64,000 nt of DNA from Octopus vulgaris (lineage: Eukaryota). The position numbers were made by a program, and so were the translations under genes. The stretch lies in contig OX597832.1 in NCBI GenBank assembly GCA_951406725.2, positions 70,928,001 to 70,992,000 on the forward strand. Reading direction: 5' to 3'. Each line of letters starts with the position of its first letter. Within the stretch, counting starts at the first letter, position 1. The notes under the pieces were generated by a model, which searched no databases, had not been told where the DNA came from, and saw only the letters and a list, made by a program, of their open reading frames with translations. Shown here one piece after another: positions 1 through 13,394 of this stretch.

Positions 1-339
1 TACATACATACACAAAGTCTCCATCTAAGATTATCTAAGTGAATAGATGCACATACTTTGGTGGGTGCATCGACAGATCAAGCAACGCACTAAGTCAATC
101 TCGTGTTTAGAAACACCAGGAACTCTCTTAATTCAAAAAGCCTTCTCGCTTTAGTGACAGGCTTGGACTCTCTTAAGAAGGACCTAAATAAACCTCAAAG
201 GAAAACATATATACTACATATATACATTCATAGATACTTAGATATACATACACACAGACACACTCTCACATACACATACACCCACACCCACATACAACAT
301 ACAAACGCATGCACATACACACACAGATATATATGTGTT

Positions 340-371
<32 letters not shown>

Positions 372-462
372 TATATGATAAAGATTTAGTTGAATTAAGT
401 ACCTCAGTTGAGGCACCAAGTCAGTCCGGTATTATCCGCACAGATCGAAGTAAGGTGAATAA

Positions 463-750
463 AAAGCAAATATATAACAAGGATGTTCAGGTATTAGTGC
501 ACTACGGCCGCTTCAATTGATGTAATGCAAGCATTACATCAATTTGAAATACACCGCCTTCCTCGGATGCACAAGACCATATAGGTCTTGCTAAAAGTTT
601 ATAATGGAGTATCCTGTATGTTGAAAACCTATAAGTTCTTAGGCGGTGTATTTCAAATTAATGCAATGCTTGCATTGAACGATTAAATGGAGCCGCCTGA
701 AACGGCCGTAATGCACTAATACCTGGATATCCTTGTTATTTATTTGCTTT
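463..750. mobile_element. Short foldback element (IR arms ~463-559 / ~641-750) with a split hammerhead-like motif; PLE pLTR-like
   Basis: The arms are reverse complements (aaagcaaatatataacaaggatgttcaggtattagtgcactacggccg vs cggccgtaatgcactaatacctggatatccttgttatttatttgcttt). Flanked by TA/CA microsatellites. Confidence 0.7.
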
Positions 751-753
751 ATC

Positions 754-870
<117 letters not shown>

Positions 871-946
871 ACAGAGAGGTCTTGATATATCAAAATAGAA
901 AGGACACAGGCGCATATAAAAATAAAAATCTACGCACACAAACATA

Positions 947-1358
947 GGCGCAGGAGTGGCTGTGTCGTAAGTAGCTTGCTAACCAGCCACATGGTTCCGG
1001 GTTCAGTCCCACTGCGTGGCATCTTGGGCAAGTGTCTTCTGCTATAGCCCCGGGCCGACCAATGCCTTGTGAGTGGATTTGGTAGACGGAAACTGAAAGA
1101 AGCCTGTCGTATATATGTATATATATATATATAAATGTGTGTGTGTGTGTTTGTCCCCCTAGCATTGCTTGACAACCGATGCTGGTGTGTTTCTGTCCCC
1201 GTTACTTGGCGGTTCGGCGAAGGAGACCGATAGAATAAGTACTGGGTTAACAAAAGAATAAGTCCCGGGGTCGAGTTGCTCGATTAAAGGCGGTGCTCCA
1301 GCATGGCCGCAGTCAAATGACTGAAACAAGTAAAAGAGAAAAGAGAGTAAAAAGAGTA
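947..1358 (+). mobile_element. tRNA-derived SINE family A, full length, with internal (TA)/(TG) microsatellite
   Basis: Pol III-like head (ggagtggctgtgtcgtaag...ccgggttcagtccc), CORE-like gcatcttgggcaagtgtctt, and a 3' tail ...gactgaaacaagtaaaagag. Many other copies lie in the window. Confidence 0.85.
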
Positions 1359-1420
1359 TTCATTCAGGCATAAAAAGATAGACAGACACACACACACATA
1401 CACACACACACACACACACA

Positions 1421-1472
<52 letters not shown>

Positions 1473-2289
1473 TACATTGGAGCATTCCAACATGTGGACC
1501 TACACACACAACTGTTTAAACAAATAAACAAAATACACAAAGGAATGTTAAGTACACACCTACACACAGAGACAAACACATGAACAAAATGAAGTACAGT
1601 AAAGATATTCGCTAGACAAATACAGAAATATAGTATGGCGTAAGTTACTGTTTGAAAGTATCTCATGAGACACAAGCGAAGATATCGACCTATGTAATGA
1701 AAGACTAAACATAGTCAATAACATTGTGCTCCAGTTATTGCTTCGCTCTCCATAACGCGCAAGATAAAACAGAGATATGGAAAGTAAACTCTTCTAATGA
1801 TATTTAACTATTAAATAAATATGAATAAATAAAGGGGTAAAAGTTGGTGAAGGGAGAGGAGAGAAGGCAAGTGAGAAAGTAAATGTATACTAGTAAAGTG
1901 TCTAGTGAGAGTCGTGAGGAAAAGGAGAGCAGAGACGATGAGAGGGAGCATTCAAACGGTAGAAAAGATGAAGAAGAGAAGATGTCAGAAATAATAAAAA
2001 TCTAATATTCATAAAAGTCTGAAGAAGAATTTGCTTCGACAAATATTTTGTTTTCAAAGTATTTTCCTAGAAGTCCCAACCTCCGCAGAAGTTTTCCTTA
2101 GAGAATTTTTCAGTGGATTTTCGAGGACCCCTTTATAAATAAAAGACACAAAAAAACTGAAAGAACAACATCGGTAATGTGTTTGAATAAGATAAATCGT
2201 GGTCTCTTCTGGGACGTCTTTGATCTCAGACCTTCTCGATCAGTTTTGAGTTGGGGATAAACCACATCAAGATAGAATTTAAAGGGTAC

Positions 2290-2530
2290 CCATTGAAAAT
2301 AGTTTTCACCAGCACATTAACTCATCCCGTCAATGACAACAATAGAGATACCACAGAACTTTATGGATATATTTGGAGATTAAGGTATCAAAAGGAGGTC
2401 ACATTTAGTATATGGACAATACTGAAGCCTGATCAAGAAATGAATCAAAACAGTGTCACCTCCGCCTTACAGAGAAACTTCATATCGTTTGCTACACTAC
2501 TCATGTCCTAAACACGTCGGCATGAGAGTG
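2290..2530 (+). pseudogene. Penelope-like GIY-YIG endonuclease C-terminal remnant
   Basis: TELYGYIWRLR...IWTILK, then QCHLRLTEKLHI in a shifted frame. This matches the PLE pattern TxLSKYIW..W.IL..CxLCLxEK. Confidence 0.55.
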
Positions 2531-3859
2531 CAAACTAGAAATAGAATTTTAAGGTGGACACTACACATGTTACAAATAGCAGCCATAGCCTTCTAAAATC
2601 ACAACTAATTTGTTGAAAATCTGAAAGAACGCCTTAGATAAAGAGTTCTGGATAGAGAAACATTCCTGACATCATCGGTTCACTCGGAGGTAAAATGAAG
2701 CGAAACAACAATAAAAACATCAAATAAGAAGTAGCGAACCTCCCTCGTCTGGCCTACACTACATCTCACGAACTTTAAGACAAACAATCCCGAGGCAAGG
2801 TGAATGACGCTTGATATCAGGTTGCAGTTTAAATTTTCAGAATTGACTGCAACATTTATTACGAGAAACATTTAAGTGTGGAATCGTAATCCTTTTTATT
2901 CGATATAAAGTTACATTTTGCACATTTCGAAATTGAAGAATGTTAAACTATTTTGCTTTCATACCTGAGGTGAAGGAAAACTCTGTGCGTGAGTGCACGC
3001 GCGCATGTGTTTGTGTGTGTGTGTGTGTGTTAATCCGATGTATTTGTTAAACGTAATTTTAATATATTCTTCTGAACCTTCCAACCAAAAGCTCTTTTTT
3101 GGAGCCAATTAGTAGAAGATAATCACAGGAAGTAGACGAGTTTGCTACTGATGGATATTTCGACCCTGCAATTCGATATACTCCCTGTTCCAGTCACCTT
3201 TGAAACAATTTTATGTTAGTGTAATGGGAACGGTTGAAGCAAACCGAAAACTGCCAATCAGACAGTGAAAAGTTTAACAATAACTTCTGGTGTCACAGTG
3301 ATGAACGAATTCGGTTTGAAGAGAAAAAAAACCCACAATTACGTCAATCACCTGACTGCACAGGGTGTAGTGGGATGGGGGAGAGGGGGTCGTCTGTGTA
3401 TTTGTGTGCGAGATTTTATATGTGTATGTGCATTTATATTTATGTCTATGCAAGTTTATACATATATGTGTGTGTGTATGTATGAATGTATGTATATATG
3501 TATATATATATATATATATATACATATATATAAATGACATTTATACAGCTTTAGTAAAACATTGACTCAACTCTAACTTACGAAAAGATTCGTAGGCGTA
3601 AAACACGTCCGCGTCATGAGATGTTCAAAGCCATAGTCGGCAGGTCTAATTATGGACAAGTAGTCTACAGCAACCAAACTATAACTAAGGTTGAAGTGAC
3701 TCAAACTGTTTCTGAATTCGTATAACCTCAACCAAATGTATTGAATATTACTTTCGTTCGTTGATTCACGTACACAGACATTATTTATATATATATGCCA
3801 CGATATATCACTGGCCACTAAACCTTTTCTATTTTCTCTCCCTGTTTATTTCTGTGTTT

Positions 3860-3897
3860 CATTCTGTCGAAGAGCGTAGGCTCGAGACGTAAAAGAC
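3860..3897 (+). ncRNA. Degenerate minimal hammerhead ribozyme (related to 24121-24155)
   Basis: CTGTCGA-A-GAGC-gtag-GCTC-GAGAC-GT, with two core substitutions (A6>T; GAAA>GAGA). Confidence 0.45.
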
Positions 3898-3984
3898 TGT
3901 CTCACTTCCCGAGCGTTAAACTAATACATGTTTGTTGTTTACACACCCGTCTTCGTCTTTTGTTTTTTTTTTGTAAGTCTTCAC

Positions 3985-4077
<93 letters not shown>

Positions 4078-4501
4078 CATACACACACACACACACGTTT
4101 CCGTATTTGCTTTGCAAGATTCCTGATATGAAATCGTGTTTTGAAACAGATATTGTTATATTTGGGGATGGTCATTTTTTTTGCTACATAAACACACGCA
4201 CTATATTCGTTCGTCACTCATTTATTACTGTTCTTATTTCATGTCCATTGTCTGGATATCTTTCATCACACACCTGTGGCCTCTTCGCCGACTCTCCATC
4301 CCGTGTGTCTCCTGTTCCGTTTAGTCCATTCTATCTTTCTATGGTGTAATAAACAAATGGTGGTGGTGATAATGTTGTTGTTGCAGTTGTATCTGGCTTA
4401 ACCCTAAAGCGAACTCTAATGATTGATCGACAGAGTTGGTGTCACACCTCATCAAACACTCCATTTGTGGCCTTCTCAACTTTCTTCTGTACTATATATC
4501 C

Positions 4502-4670
4502 TTTATATTTTACTTGCTTTAATCATAGGTTTGTGGTCATGCTGCAGCACTGCCTTGAATGGATTTAGTCAAACAGATCCACCCTAGCGCTTGTGATTTT
4601 GCAGGTCTTTGAAGGCTAGTACTTATTCTGTTGGCCTCTTTTGTCGAACCGCTAATTTACGAGGATGTTA
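4502..4670 (-). mobile_element. SINE family A, degenerate 3' part
   Basis: ttttacttgc...ggtcatgctgcagcactgccttga...tacttattctgttggcctcttttgtcgaaccgctaa matches the reverse of the family A tail. Confidence 0.6.
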
Positions 4671-4812
4671 ACTGGTAGAGTATATATGTATGTTTTCATG
4701 AATGTATGTACGTATATGTGTACGCATGTATGCATGCATGTGTGTATGTATATATGCTTATGTGTATTTATTTATATATATGTGTGTCGATGTATGTATG
4801 TATGTCTATGTA

Positions 4813-4860
<48 letters not shown>

Positions 4861-4893
4861 TATATATATGTATACATATATATATATGTATGC

Positions 4894-4924
<31 letters not shown>

Positions 4925-5098
4925 TATACATAACGTAAAGTGTACTAGCCATCTGAATGTGGCTAGCCACTGGGGGTGGGTGTTACTGACGCTTTTAGCC
5001 CCAGGAGATCGACGTCTCCAGCTGGCCTTAGACACAATTTCAGTGCCCTTGTGTTATTTGCAAAGGGAGGTCATCCTCCCTCGAAAACCTAAGCGATA

Positions 5099-5143
5099 CA
5101 TACGGACTATAGTTTCAAGGTTTTTGCCTCTCGTCAACGTATG
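5099..5143 (-). ncRNA. Type I minimal hammerhead ribozyme (U3 variant)
   Basis: Minus strand reads CATACG-TTGACGA-GAGG-caaaaa-CCTT-GAAA-CTATAG-TC-CGTATG: 6-bp stem I, palindromic stem III, GUC site. Confidence 0.85.
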
Positions 5144-5425
5144 GTAAACACCGGTTTTCGATTAAGGAGACCTTTGTAAATAATATTTAACGTTTTTCCC
5201 AGCAACCACAGTCACTGATTTAGAAGCGTCAGTAACACCCACCCCCAGTGGCTAGCCACATTCAGATGGCTAGTACTCTTTACGTTGTCGAGCGGTGACT
5301 GTTTATATCTCGTTCGGAGATTTATTAATGCTTTCAGACAGTTTTTCTAAATCAGTGACTGTGGTTGCTGGAAAAACGTTAAATATTATTTGTAAAGGTC
5401 TCCTTCATCGAAAACCGGTGTTTAC

Positions 5426-5470
5426 CATACGTTGACGAGCGGCAAAAACCTTGAAACTATAGTCCGTATG
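5426..5470 (+). ncRNA. Type I minimal hammerhead ribozyme (U3 variant)
   Basis: CATACG-TTGACGA-GCGG-caaaaa-CCTT-GAAA-CTATAG-TC-CGTATG, with one stem II mismatch relative to the inverted copy. Confidence 0.8.
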
Positions 5471-5681
5471 TATCACTTAGGTTTTCGAGGGAGGATGACC
5501 TCCCTTTGCAAATAACACAAGGGCACTGAAATTGTGCCTAAGGCCAGCTGGAGACGTCGATCTCCTGGGGCTAAAAGCGTCAGTAACACCCACCCCCAGT
5601 GGCTAGCCACATTCAGATGGCTAGTACACTTTACGTTGTCGAGCGGTTACTGTTTATATCTCGTTCGGAGATTTATTAATA

Positions 5682-5765
<84 letters not shown>

Positions 5766-5792
5766 TGTATGTATGTATGTATGTATGTATTT

Positions 5793-5928
5793 CTTTTCTT
5801 TTTTTCTTTTACTGGTTTCAGTCATTTGACTGCGGCCATGCTGGAGCACCGCCTTTAGTCGAGCAAATCGACCCTGGGACTTATTCTTTGTAAGCCCAGT
5901 ATTTATTCTATCGGTCTCTTTTGCCGAA
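5793..5928 (-). mobile_element. SINE family A, 3' fragment
   Basis: gtttcagtcatttgactgcggccatgctggagcaccgcc is the reverse complement of the family A tail (~1288-1328). Confidence 0.85.
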
Positions 5929-6009
5929 TGTATGTATGTATGTATGTATGTATGTATGTATGTATGTATGTATGTATATTTGTATGTATCGTATTTCAAC
6001 ATCTGGCAA

Positions 6010-6340
6010 GGTACTTGGGGGAACCGTTGTAATGATCCAGCCTGCATCAGGAAACCCTTCTGTCCTAGTTGGAGGAACACTACAGAAAATGGTAGACAAA
6101 TTTGTTGACCTGGACAACACACTCAGTTGTTATTGTCCCTTGGATGATGAAATATCTTTAAGGCTTCAGAAGGCAACTGATTACTTCAGGGACTTTGTCA
6201 CCCAACACACGGTATCGCAAGGCAAACAAAAGTAGCTGTGTACTATGTGTGTTGTGCTAACGTCTCTCCTTTACTCATGTAACACATGGACCCTTTACGT
6301 CTGACATACATTTTCATGTTGGCAGGGGGATAACATTTTG
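6010..6340 (+). pseudogene. Old RTE-clade LINE RT fragment
   Basis: TVVMIQPASG...MVDKFVDLDNTLS..LDDEISLRLQKA followed by TKVAVY..LTSLLYSCNTWTLY. Homologous to the post-RT region of the ORF at 57810-59162. Confidence 0.7.
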
Positions 6341-6460
6341 AGCATCGAAGTGATGGGGGTATTTGCATAAATATTACTTGGATAAACTCTAGTATAAAAA
6401 AAATTTTAATCCAACTGTAATATATAAATGTATCATACATACACACACATACGCATATGT

Positions 6461-6525
<65 letters not shown>

Positions 6526-6659
6526 GCTGTCTGTCTTCAACGAGAAAACTCACCACACAAGTTGAAGTCCCTGGTCAAGAATATTAGTCGCTGAGCGGGA
6601 AGATATTAAAACATTGTCTGGAGTTTATGGGAAGATTTTAATGAAAAATGAAAAATTTA

Positions 6660-6697
<38 letters not shown>

Positions 6698-6738
6698 TGT
6701 GTGTGTGTACGTGTGTGTGTGTGTACGTGTGTGTGTGT

Positions 6739-6780
<42 letters not shown>

Positions 6781-6954
6781 TTCTGTGTGAGTCTGTGTGT
6801 GTGTGCGTTTGCTTGCTTGTGTGTGCGTGTGTGTGCGTATGTTAGTATTTGGTAAGCAGAACGCTGCCTTTCCGCAGGTGTATTCACGAGCTCTTTGTCC
6901 ATAGTGATGAAGGAGCCTTTATGAAGTCACTCGATAATTTAGAAATAGCAGCAA

Positions 6955-7001
<47 letters not shown>

Positions 7002-7568
7002 TTATTATTACTACTACTACCACTACTACTACCACTGCTACCATCACTACTACTGCAGCTGCTGCTGCTGCTGCTGCAGGTGTAGACCAACCAGTTACAA
7101 TGCCAAAATTTTATTTTGCTTTAATATTGGAAACCTTATTGAACTGAAAATATGGTCTTTGTTAACACCGCTTACAGATTCTATGGAATTATATACATAC
7201 ACAAACAAATATATATATATGCGTGTGTGTCTACATGTGTATGCATACTTATATGTGTGTATATAAATAAATAAAAATATCGTTATTATGTATTACGATA
7301 TAACGGTACACTGCATATGTGAATATAATGTGTTAAATATTACGTTAAGTATAGTTATAAATAATCATGTTATTGTGTATTTATATATGTTTCTTTATAT
7401 ATAATTACATCTATATGTATAAATGTGTGTGTATGTGTATGTGTGTAGGTGTACGTATGCGTGTATATATAGAGAAAGCTCTTTCTACTTCACCCTTTCT
7501 TTTTCTTTGTATATACACATATTTATATTACCCATACACGTACATAAATATATAATATATATATAGAC

Positions 7569-7655
<87 letters not shown>

Positions 7656-7696
7656 GATAGAGATACATGTATATACATACATATATATATATATAT

Positions 7697-7753
<57 letters not shown>

Positions 7754-7770
7754 GATAGAGATACATGTAT

Positions 7771-7846
<76 letters not shown>

Positions 7847-7895
7847 ACATATGTATGTATGCATGTATGTATGTATGCATGTATGTGCGTGCGTA

Positions 7896-7940
<45 letters not shown>

Positions 7941-8378
7941 CTCTTTCTCTTTTTTTTTCTCTTTTACTTGTTTCAGTTATTTGACTGCGGCCATGCTGGA
8001 GCACCGCCTTTAGTCGAGCAAATCGACCTCGGGACTTATTCTTTGTAAGCCCAGTACTTATTCTATCGGTCTCTTTTGCCGAACCGCTAAGTGACAGGGA
8101 CGTAAACACACCAGCATCTGTTGTCAAGCAATCCTAGGGAGACAAACACAAACACACAAACACATACACATACATACATATACATATATACATATATACG
8201 ACGGGCTTCTTTCAGTTTCCGTCTACCAAATCCACTCACAAGGCATTGGTCAGCCCGGGGCTATAGCAGAAGACACTTGCCCAAGATGCCACGCAGTGGG
8301 ACTGAACCCGGAACCATGTGGCTGGTTAGCAAGCTACTTACCACACAGTCACTCCTGCGCTTATGCCACTCCTGCGCC
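7941..8378 (-). mobile_element. SINE family A, full length, with a duplicated 5' tip
   Basis: Near-identical reverse complement of 947-1358. actcctgcgc is repeated at the head. Confidence 0.9.
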
Positions 8379-9309
8379 TATATATATATAGTATATATAT
8401 AATATGTGTGTATGTGTGTAGATGTATGTGTATTTATATATATGTGCGTATATGTGTGAGTGTGTGCGTGTAGATATATGTGTATGTATGTATATATATG
8501 TACATATAACTATCTATCTATATATATATATATATATCATATAATATCTTTTATACATGAGTATTATATTTAAATGTATGCAGTGTACCATTATATATAC
8601 ATGTCTACATACACACACACACAAACACACACTCACACACGTATATATAGTGATAGAGACAACCATCCACAAATATATATACACAATATAAAATAATGTA
8701 TATGTATATATATATGTATATATACATATAAATACAAATATATATATATATTATATACATATATTATATATATATTATATATATACTATATATATACATA
8801 TTTATATACACATATATATATATTCATACACGTATACATATTCATACATATGTGTATATATATACATACTCCACACGCATATGTCTATACACACACACAC
8901 ACAGATATATATCACAGTTAAAGAATAACATGAAAAGAATTTCGTAATAACATTTCATGAATTTTAACGATATTTTTTGTGTTTATGTTGTTGTCCTTCT
9001 TTGTTGGTTTTTTATTGCTATTGTTTGTCTTTTCTTGTTTTATTTTGCCACATAATGTGACTCGTCAGTGGAAAACAATAGCAGCAACACATACAACAAC
9101 AACGAAAGTTTAATAACATCATCATCATCAATAGCACCATGTACAACATCACCAATATAAACGTCAACAACAACAACAACGTTAGCAATAACAATATCAA
9201 CAATGTCAATTACATACGACAGCAGCAGCAGCAGCAACAGTAGCAGCACTAATAACAGGAACCAAAACAACAAAATCAATTGAAACAACAACCACAACTA
9301 TCGAACCCT

Positions 9310-9620
9310 CCTTTTTTTCTTCTCCTCTTCCCGCCCCTCTCTCTTCTAGGCTCCCCTGTCCTTACTCTCCGTTCCCTTCTTCTCTTCATCTCCCCTTCCC
9401 CGTCTCTCTCTCTCTTCTAGGCTCCTCTGTACTTACCATTCACTCCCTCTTTCTCTTCCTCTCCCCTCCCCATCTCTCTCTTCCAGGCTTCTTCGTCCTT
9501 ATTCTCCGTTCCTTCCTTTTCTTCCTTTCCCCCTCCCCTCCCTCTCCTTCTTACAGATTCCCCTATCCTTAATCTCCGTTCCCTCCTCTTCCTTTCCTCG
9601 TTTTCCTTCTCTCTGTTCCG
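9310..9620. repeat. Pyrimidine-rich minisatellite (~65-70 bp units)
   Basis: Repeated ctctcttctaggctcccctgtccttactctccgttcc-like units. Confidence 0.7.
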
Positions 9621-9869
9621 CTCTCTCTCTCTCTCTCAGTCTCCCCATATCCTTTCTCTCCCTCTCACCCGTTTCCTATTTCTCTCTCTTTCCCTTTTCC
9701 TTCCTATTTCATATCTCCTTCTTTCTTTGTCTCTTTTTTTCTTCCTCCATTTCATTCCCTCTTTTCTTCTTTATTTTCTTCTGTCACGGTTGGCCAGGTT
9801 TAAAAACTTTTTTTTTTTCTCTTAGCTTTTTGTTTGACTTTTGTTTATTTTTATTTTATTTATTTATCT

Positions 9870-10876
9870 TGTTAACTTTTAGCTTTCATCCTTCTGGAAT
9901 CGATAAAATCGACTGGCATCCTTTCCCCCACCCCACACGCAAATATCAGGTCACGTGGTTGACTGGCAGAACCAATAGTGTGTCGGAGAGAAAGGAACCT
10001 TGCGTAATCTGTTTCGGTTCTCTCCGTTCTGAGATCAAAACCTTCAGAGGCCATCCTTACGTCTCTTCCTTTCGGGGTTGATAAAATAAAGCACCGTTCG
10101 ACGAATAAAACCAATTTGAGTGATTTGGCCTTTCCCTGTAAATTTCATATCTTGTCACTTGGCTGAAAACAATTATTGTCTTTTACTGTAAACATAATAT
10201 TTGAAAGATTCTCTGAGGCAGCGAACTGGCAGGATCGTTAGCAACGTCGAACAAAAATTCTTAACGGCATTCGTTTTGGTTTATTACGTTCTGAGTTCAA
10301 ATCTAGCCGATGTCTAAATTGATCTTCATCCTAGCAAGGTCGATAATGCAAAATACCAAGCAAGCAGTGGGTTTCGTGTAATCAATTTAAACCCTTGGCT
10401 TTTAAATCCATTTCCTTCTGTAAAGGACTCATTACACCAATGAGTCATTTGACTATGTACGTTGCAAGTTCAAATAACGTCGGGATTAACTTTGCTTTTA
10501 ATCGTTGTGGCGTTGATATGATAAAGTATCAGTCAAGCAGTGGGATCAATTGGATCAGTTAACCTCTTCCCTCAAAATTGCTCTCCTTGTTCCTAAATTA
10601 GGATCTATTAGTTTTCTGGTGTTGAGAGTGACGTACAGACAGAATGATTCGAGCGTTAGTAGTTCGTCCGACTCCTTATGTTTTGAGTTCATTTCCCGCC
10701 GGGATCAACTTTACTTTTCATCCTTCGGGGTTGCGTAAAACAAAATAGCATTCAAGTCCCCAAGACGATGATGTTGACTAAACACTTGACCCCAAAATTG
10801 CTGGACTCGTGTCTAAATTAAAGACCGTTATTTTCTTATGTTAAACACAGACTTTTGAGCAAATTCCGTTTACAAT

Positions 10877-10961
<85 letters not shown>

Positions 10962-10984
10962 AAGTAGTAGTAGTAGTAGCAGCG

Positions 10985-11048
<64 letters not shown>

Positions 11049-11507
11049 CAGCAGTAGCAGTGGTAGTAGTAGTAGTAGTAGTATGGTAGACGTATTATTG
11101 TCGAGTTATTTTCTAAGTTCTGAGTTCAAAATCTTCTTTGAAGTATTTAATCTTTTCCACTTCCCTGGGTTTCATAGAATGAAATTCAGTCATGGACTTA
11201 CCGACATTTTTTAGGAGTGAGGGAGTATTTCTTTATTCATTTTTCTGTTTATTTAACCAAGGAGAGGAGTGTCTCGATGATGGATGCTCCGAGAAGACGG
11301 TGACTTAGGAGAATAGTTAGCACGCCAGGAAAAGGGCTTTGCGACATTTCGTCCGTCTTTACGTTCCGAGTTCAAATTCTGCCGAGGTCGACTTTGCCTT
11401 TCATCTTTTCGGGGTTCCATAAAATAAACAACAGTTGAACACTCGGATCGGTGTAATCGACTTCCTCTTCCTCTCAAATCTGATGTCATTGTGCCAAATT
11501 TAGAAAC

Positions 11508-11583
<76 letters not shown>
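9870..11583 (+). mobile_element. Cluster of degenerate, same-orientation SINE family B copies (Meta-like central domain) with (AGT)n tails
   Basis: Repeated ctgagttcaaat..gtcgactttgcctttcatcc..ggggtcgataaa-like motifs near 9880, 10030, 10290, 10465, 10680, 11120 and 11365. The best copy is 11299-11510. Confidence 0.7.
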
Positions 11584-11599
11584 AGGTCTCAGTCCTTTA

Positions 11600-12300
11600 C
11601 AAAGACAGAAAAACTGCGGCCGGTGGTGAATGAATCCAAATCTAGAATTCGGTAGTTCACGGGGAGTATACAGTTTCTCCTTTGTCCCCATATTTTCAAC
11701 TCTGCTCAGGCCCAGGGTGGTAGTAAATGCCAAAGGCTCTAGTTATAGGCTGAACCGAAGAAGATAACCCAAGGCTAAAGTATAAAGAACTCAGAAGATG
11801 GCTGACGCCTAGATAGATGTCATACTCGCCCAGGGATGCATAGACATGCTTCGATGCCACGTGAACCCGTTCATTTGCCCCGTGCAACAAAGAAGTTTGG
11901 ACAAACAAGAGATTAGAAGACTGAATTGCAAATAAGCCAGCGAAAGTCAGTGAGGGATATTTGCTATGGTTCCCCACCCCACAAAAAACATAGTGAATCG
12001 TCAAACATTGAAAAAGAGTTTCCTCATCAGCGATATCTGTAAGTAGGAGAATTAAAATTCCACCCTTGCCGGGAAGATGAGGGTCATTGACCTGAGTGAT
12101 AGTCCTCTTACTCAGGCAACATCCTTTCTGTCATTTCTTCACGTAATAAATAACTACTGACACTGTCTTTCACATCAACACTATGCCCTCGGTGTTGCTT
12201 GTTTGTGTCATATTCTTAACAAACACACCCGTAAATTCGTTTCCCAGACCTTCCTTTCACTGAAAGTCAGATGGAGTAAATAGAAAATAACGTATTTTTT
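11600..12300 (-). pseudogene. Possible old L1/Tx1-like LINE ORF2 remnant
   Basis: Fragments resembling W..R.LSL...LI (A*VRGLSLRSMTLI) and CFLWGG. Heavily degenerate. Confidence 0.3.
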
Positions 12301-12362
12301 TATGATGCTAATAAGTAACATTTGGGCTAAAATTAGCAGCTATATCCCTCTCAAATACCACC

Positions 12363-12424
<62 letters not shown>

Positions 12425-12438
12425 GTGTATATGTATAT

Positions 12439-12493
<55 letters not shown>

Positions 12494-13119
12494 TAATGTA
12501 GTCCTTATTGACGATGCCTGAAAAAGAAAAAATGGAATGTGTTCATGGTTGGGATATCTTTGAGCATAAACCTGTCTCGATCATGACTTGAAGTTCGTCA
12601 ATAACAGTTTCTTTGTTATTGCTATCTTTGTAGTAGTTATTGTTGTTGTTGCCAGACAGTAAAAACATTGCGAGTGAGAGGTGTCAACTGATGCGACAGA
12701 CCGTGAAACTGTGTATTTGTGCCGTCACAAAATGCCTGATCTTCTCAATTCCGATATTTGGTTATAGATTTAATTTCTTTTGATGAAATATTTTTTGTAG
12801 GAAGCAATAAAACTTGCTCTGTCCGCTTGATTTTCCTCTCAATTTTTGGACAGTTTTATCGGAACGGTCTTGTCGCCGCCATTGTGAACAACAGAATAAA
12901 TAAAATACAAGAATTTTATTCATTTATTTGTTTATTTTTAGAAATATTATTTCTTGTCTGCAGGGTGTCTTTTATCCTTTATTTCTGTTTTTATTTGATA
13001 AAAATATTTTTAAAATATTTAAAAAACGTATTTAAAACAGTTGTTTTCCCTCACAAAAATGGTTCTCCGTCGGTTTCGACGCTGAGCGTTCTAAATAGTT
13101 GATCAACCAAGCTAGCTAC

Positions 13120-13394
13120 TCATACAGGGTAGAATTAGCATGTTAATGGATGAGTATTCCACAGATACGTGCAGCTTGAACATGAATTATTAATCAGGAT
13201 CAGATACAATGTGACGAGGCGGACCTTTGAATACAATAATTTGCCAGGCTTCGCCATAGTTTCCGTCGACCTACCTTCACCAACTAAACTTAGATCACGC
13301 CGGAGTTAGAGTAAAGAACATTACGATGTCATGCAATAGGATCGAACCCACAACCTCAGGACTGCGATGTGTACTTGTTAACCCTTCAGCCATT
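13120..13394 (-). mobile_element. Degenerate tRNA-headed SINE (similar copy at ~25140-25400)
   Basis: ggatcgaacccacaacctcaggactgcg is a reverse B-box-like head. The internal gagtattccacagatacgtg motif is shared with 25155-25180. Confidence 0.45.

Larger units (their letters stand above)
4932..5681. mobile_element. ORF-less HHR element: inverted arm (4932-5225) plus 1.3 tandem copies of a ~351-bp unit (5225-5680)
   Basis: 4932-5225 is the reverse complement of 5345-5637. 5225-5329 directly repeats 5576-5680. Both ends abut (TA)n. Confidence 0.9.

Noticed and set aside
947-1020. tRNA gene-like A/B boxes
   Set aside because: This is a SINE head followed by the SINE body, with no complete cloverleaf.
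6849-7085. ORF with a good acceptor (ctttccgcag) and poly-Leu resembling a signal or TM segment
   Set aside because: The poly-Leu is a (CTA)n/(CTG)n repeat, and there is no convincing donor or homology.
10855-11214. Poly-Ser ORF
   Set aside because: It is an (AGT)n tail associated with SINE B remnants.
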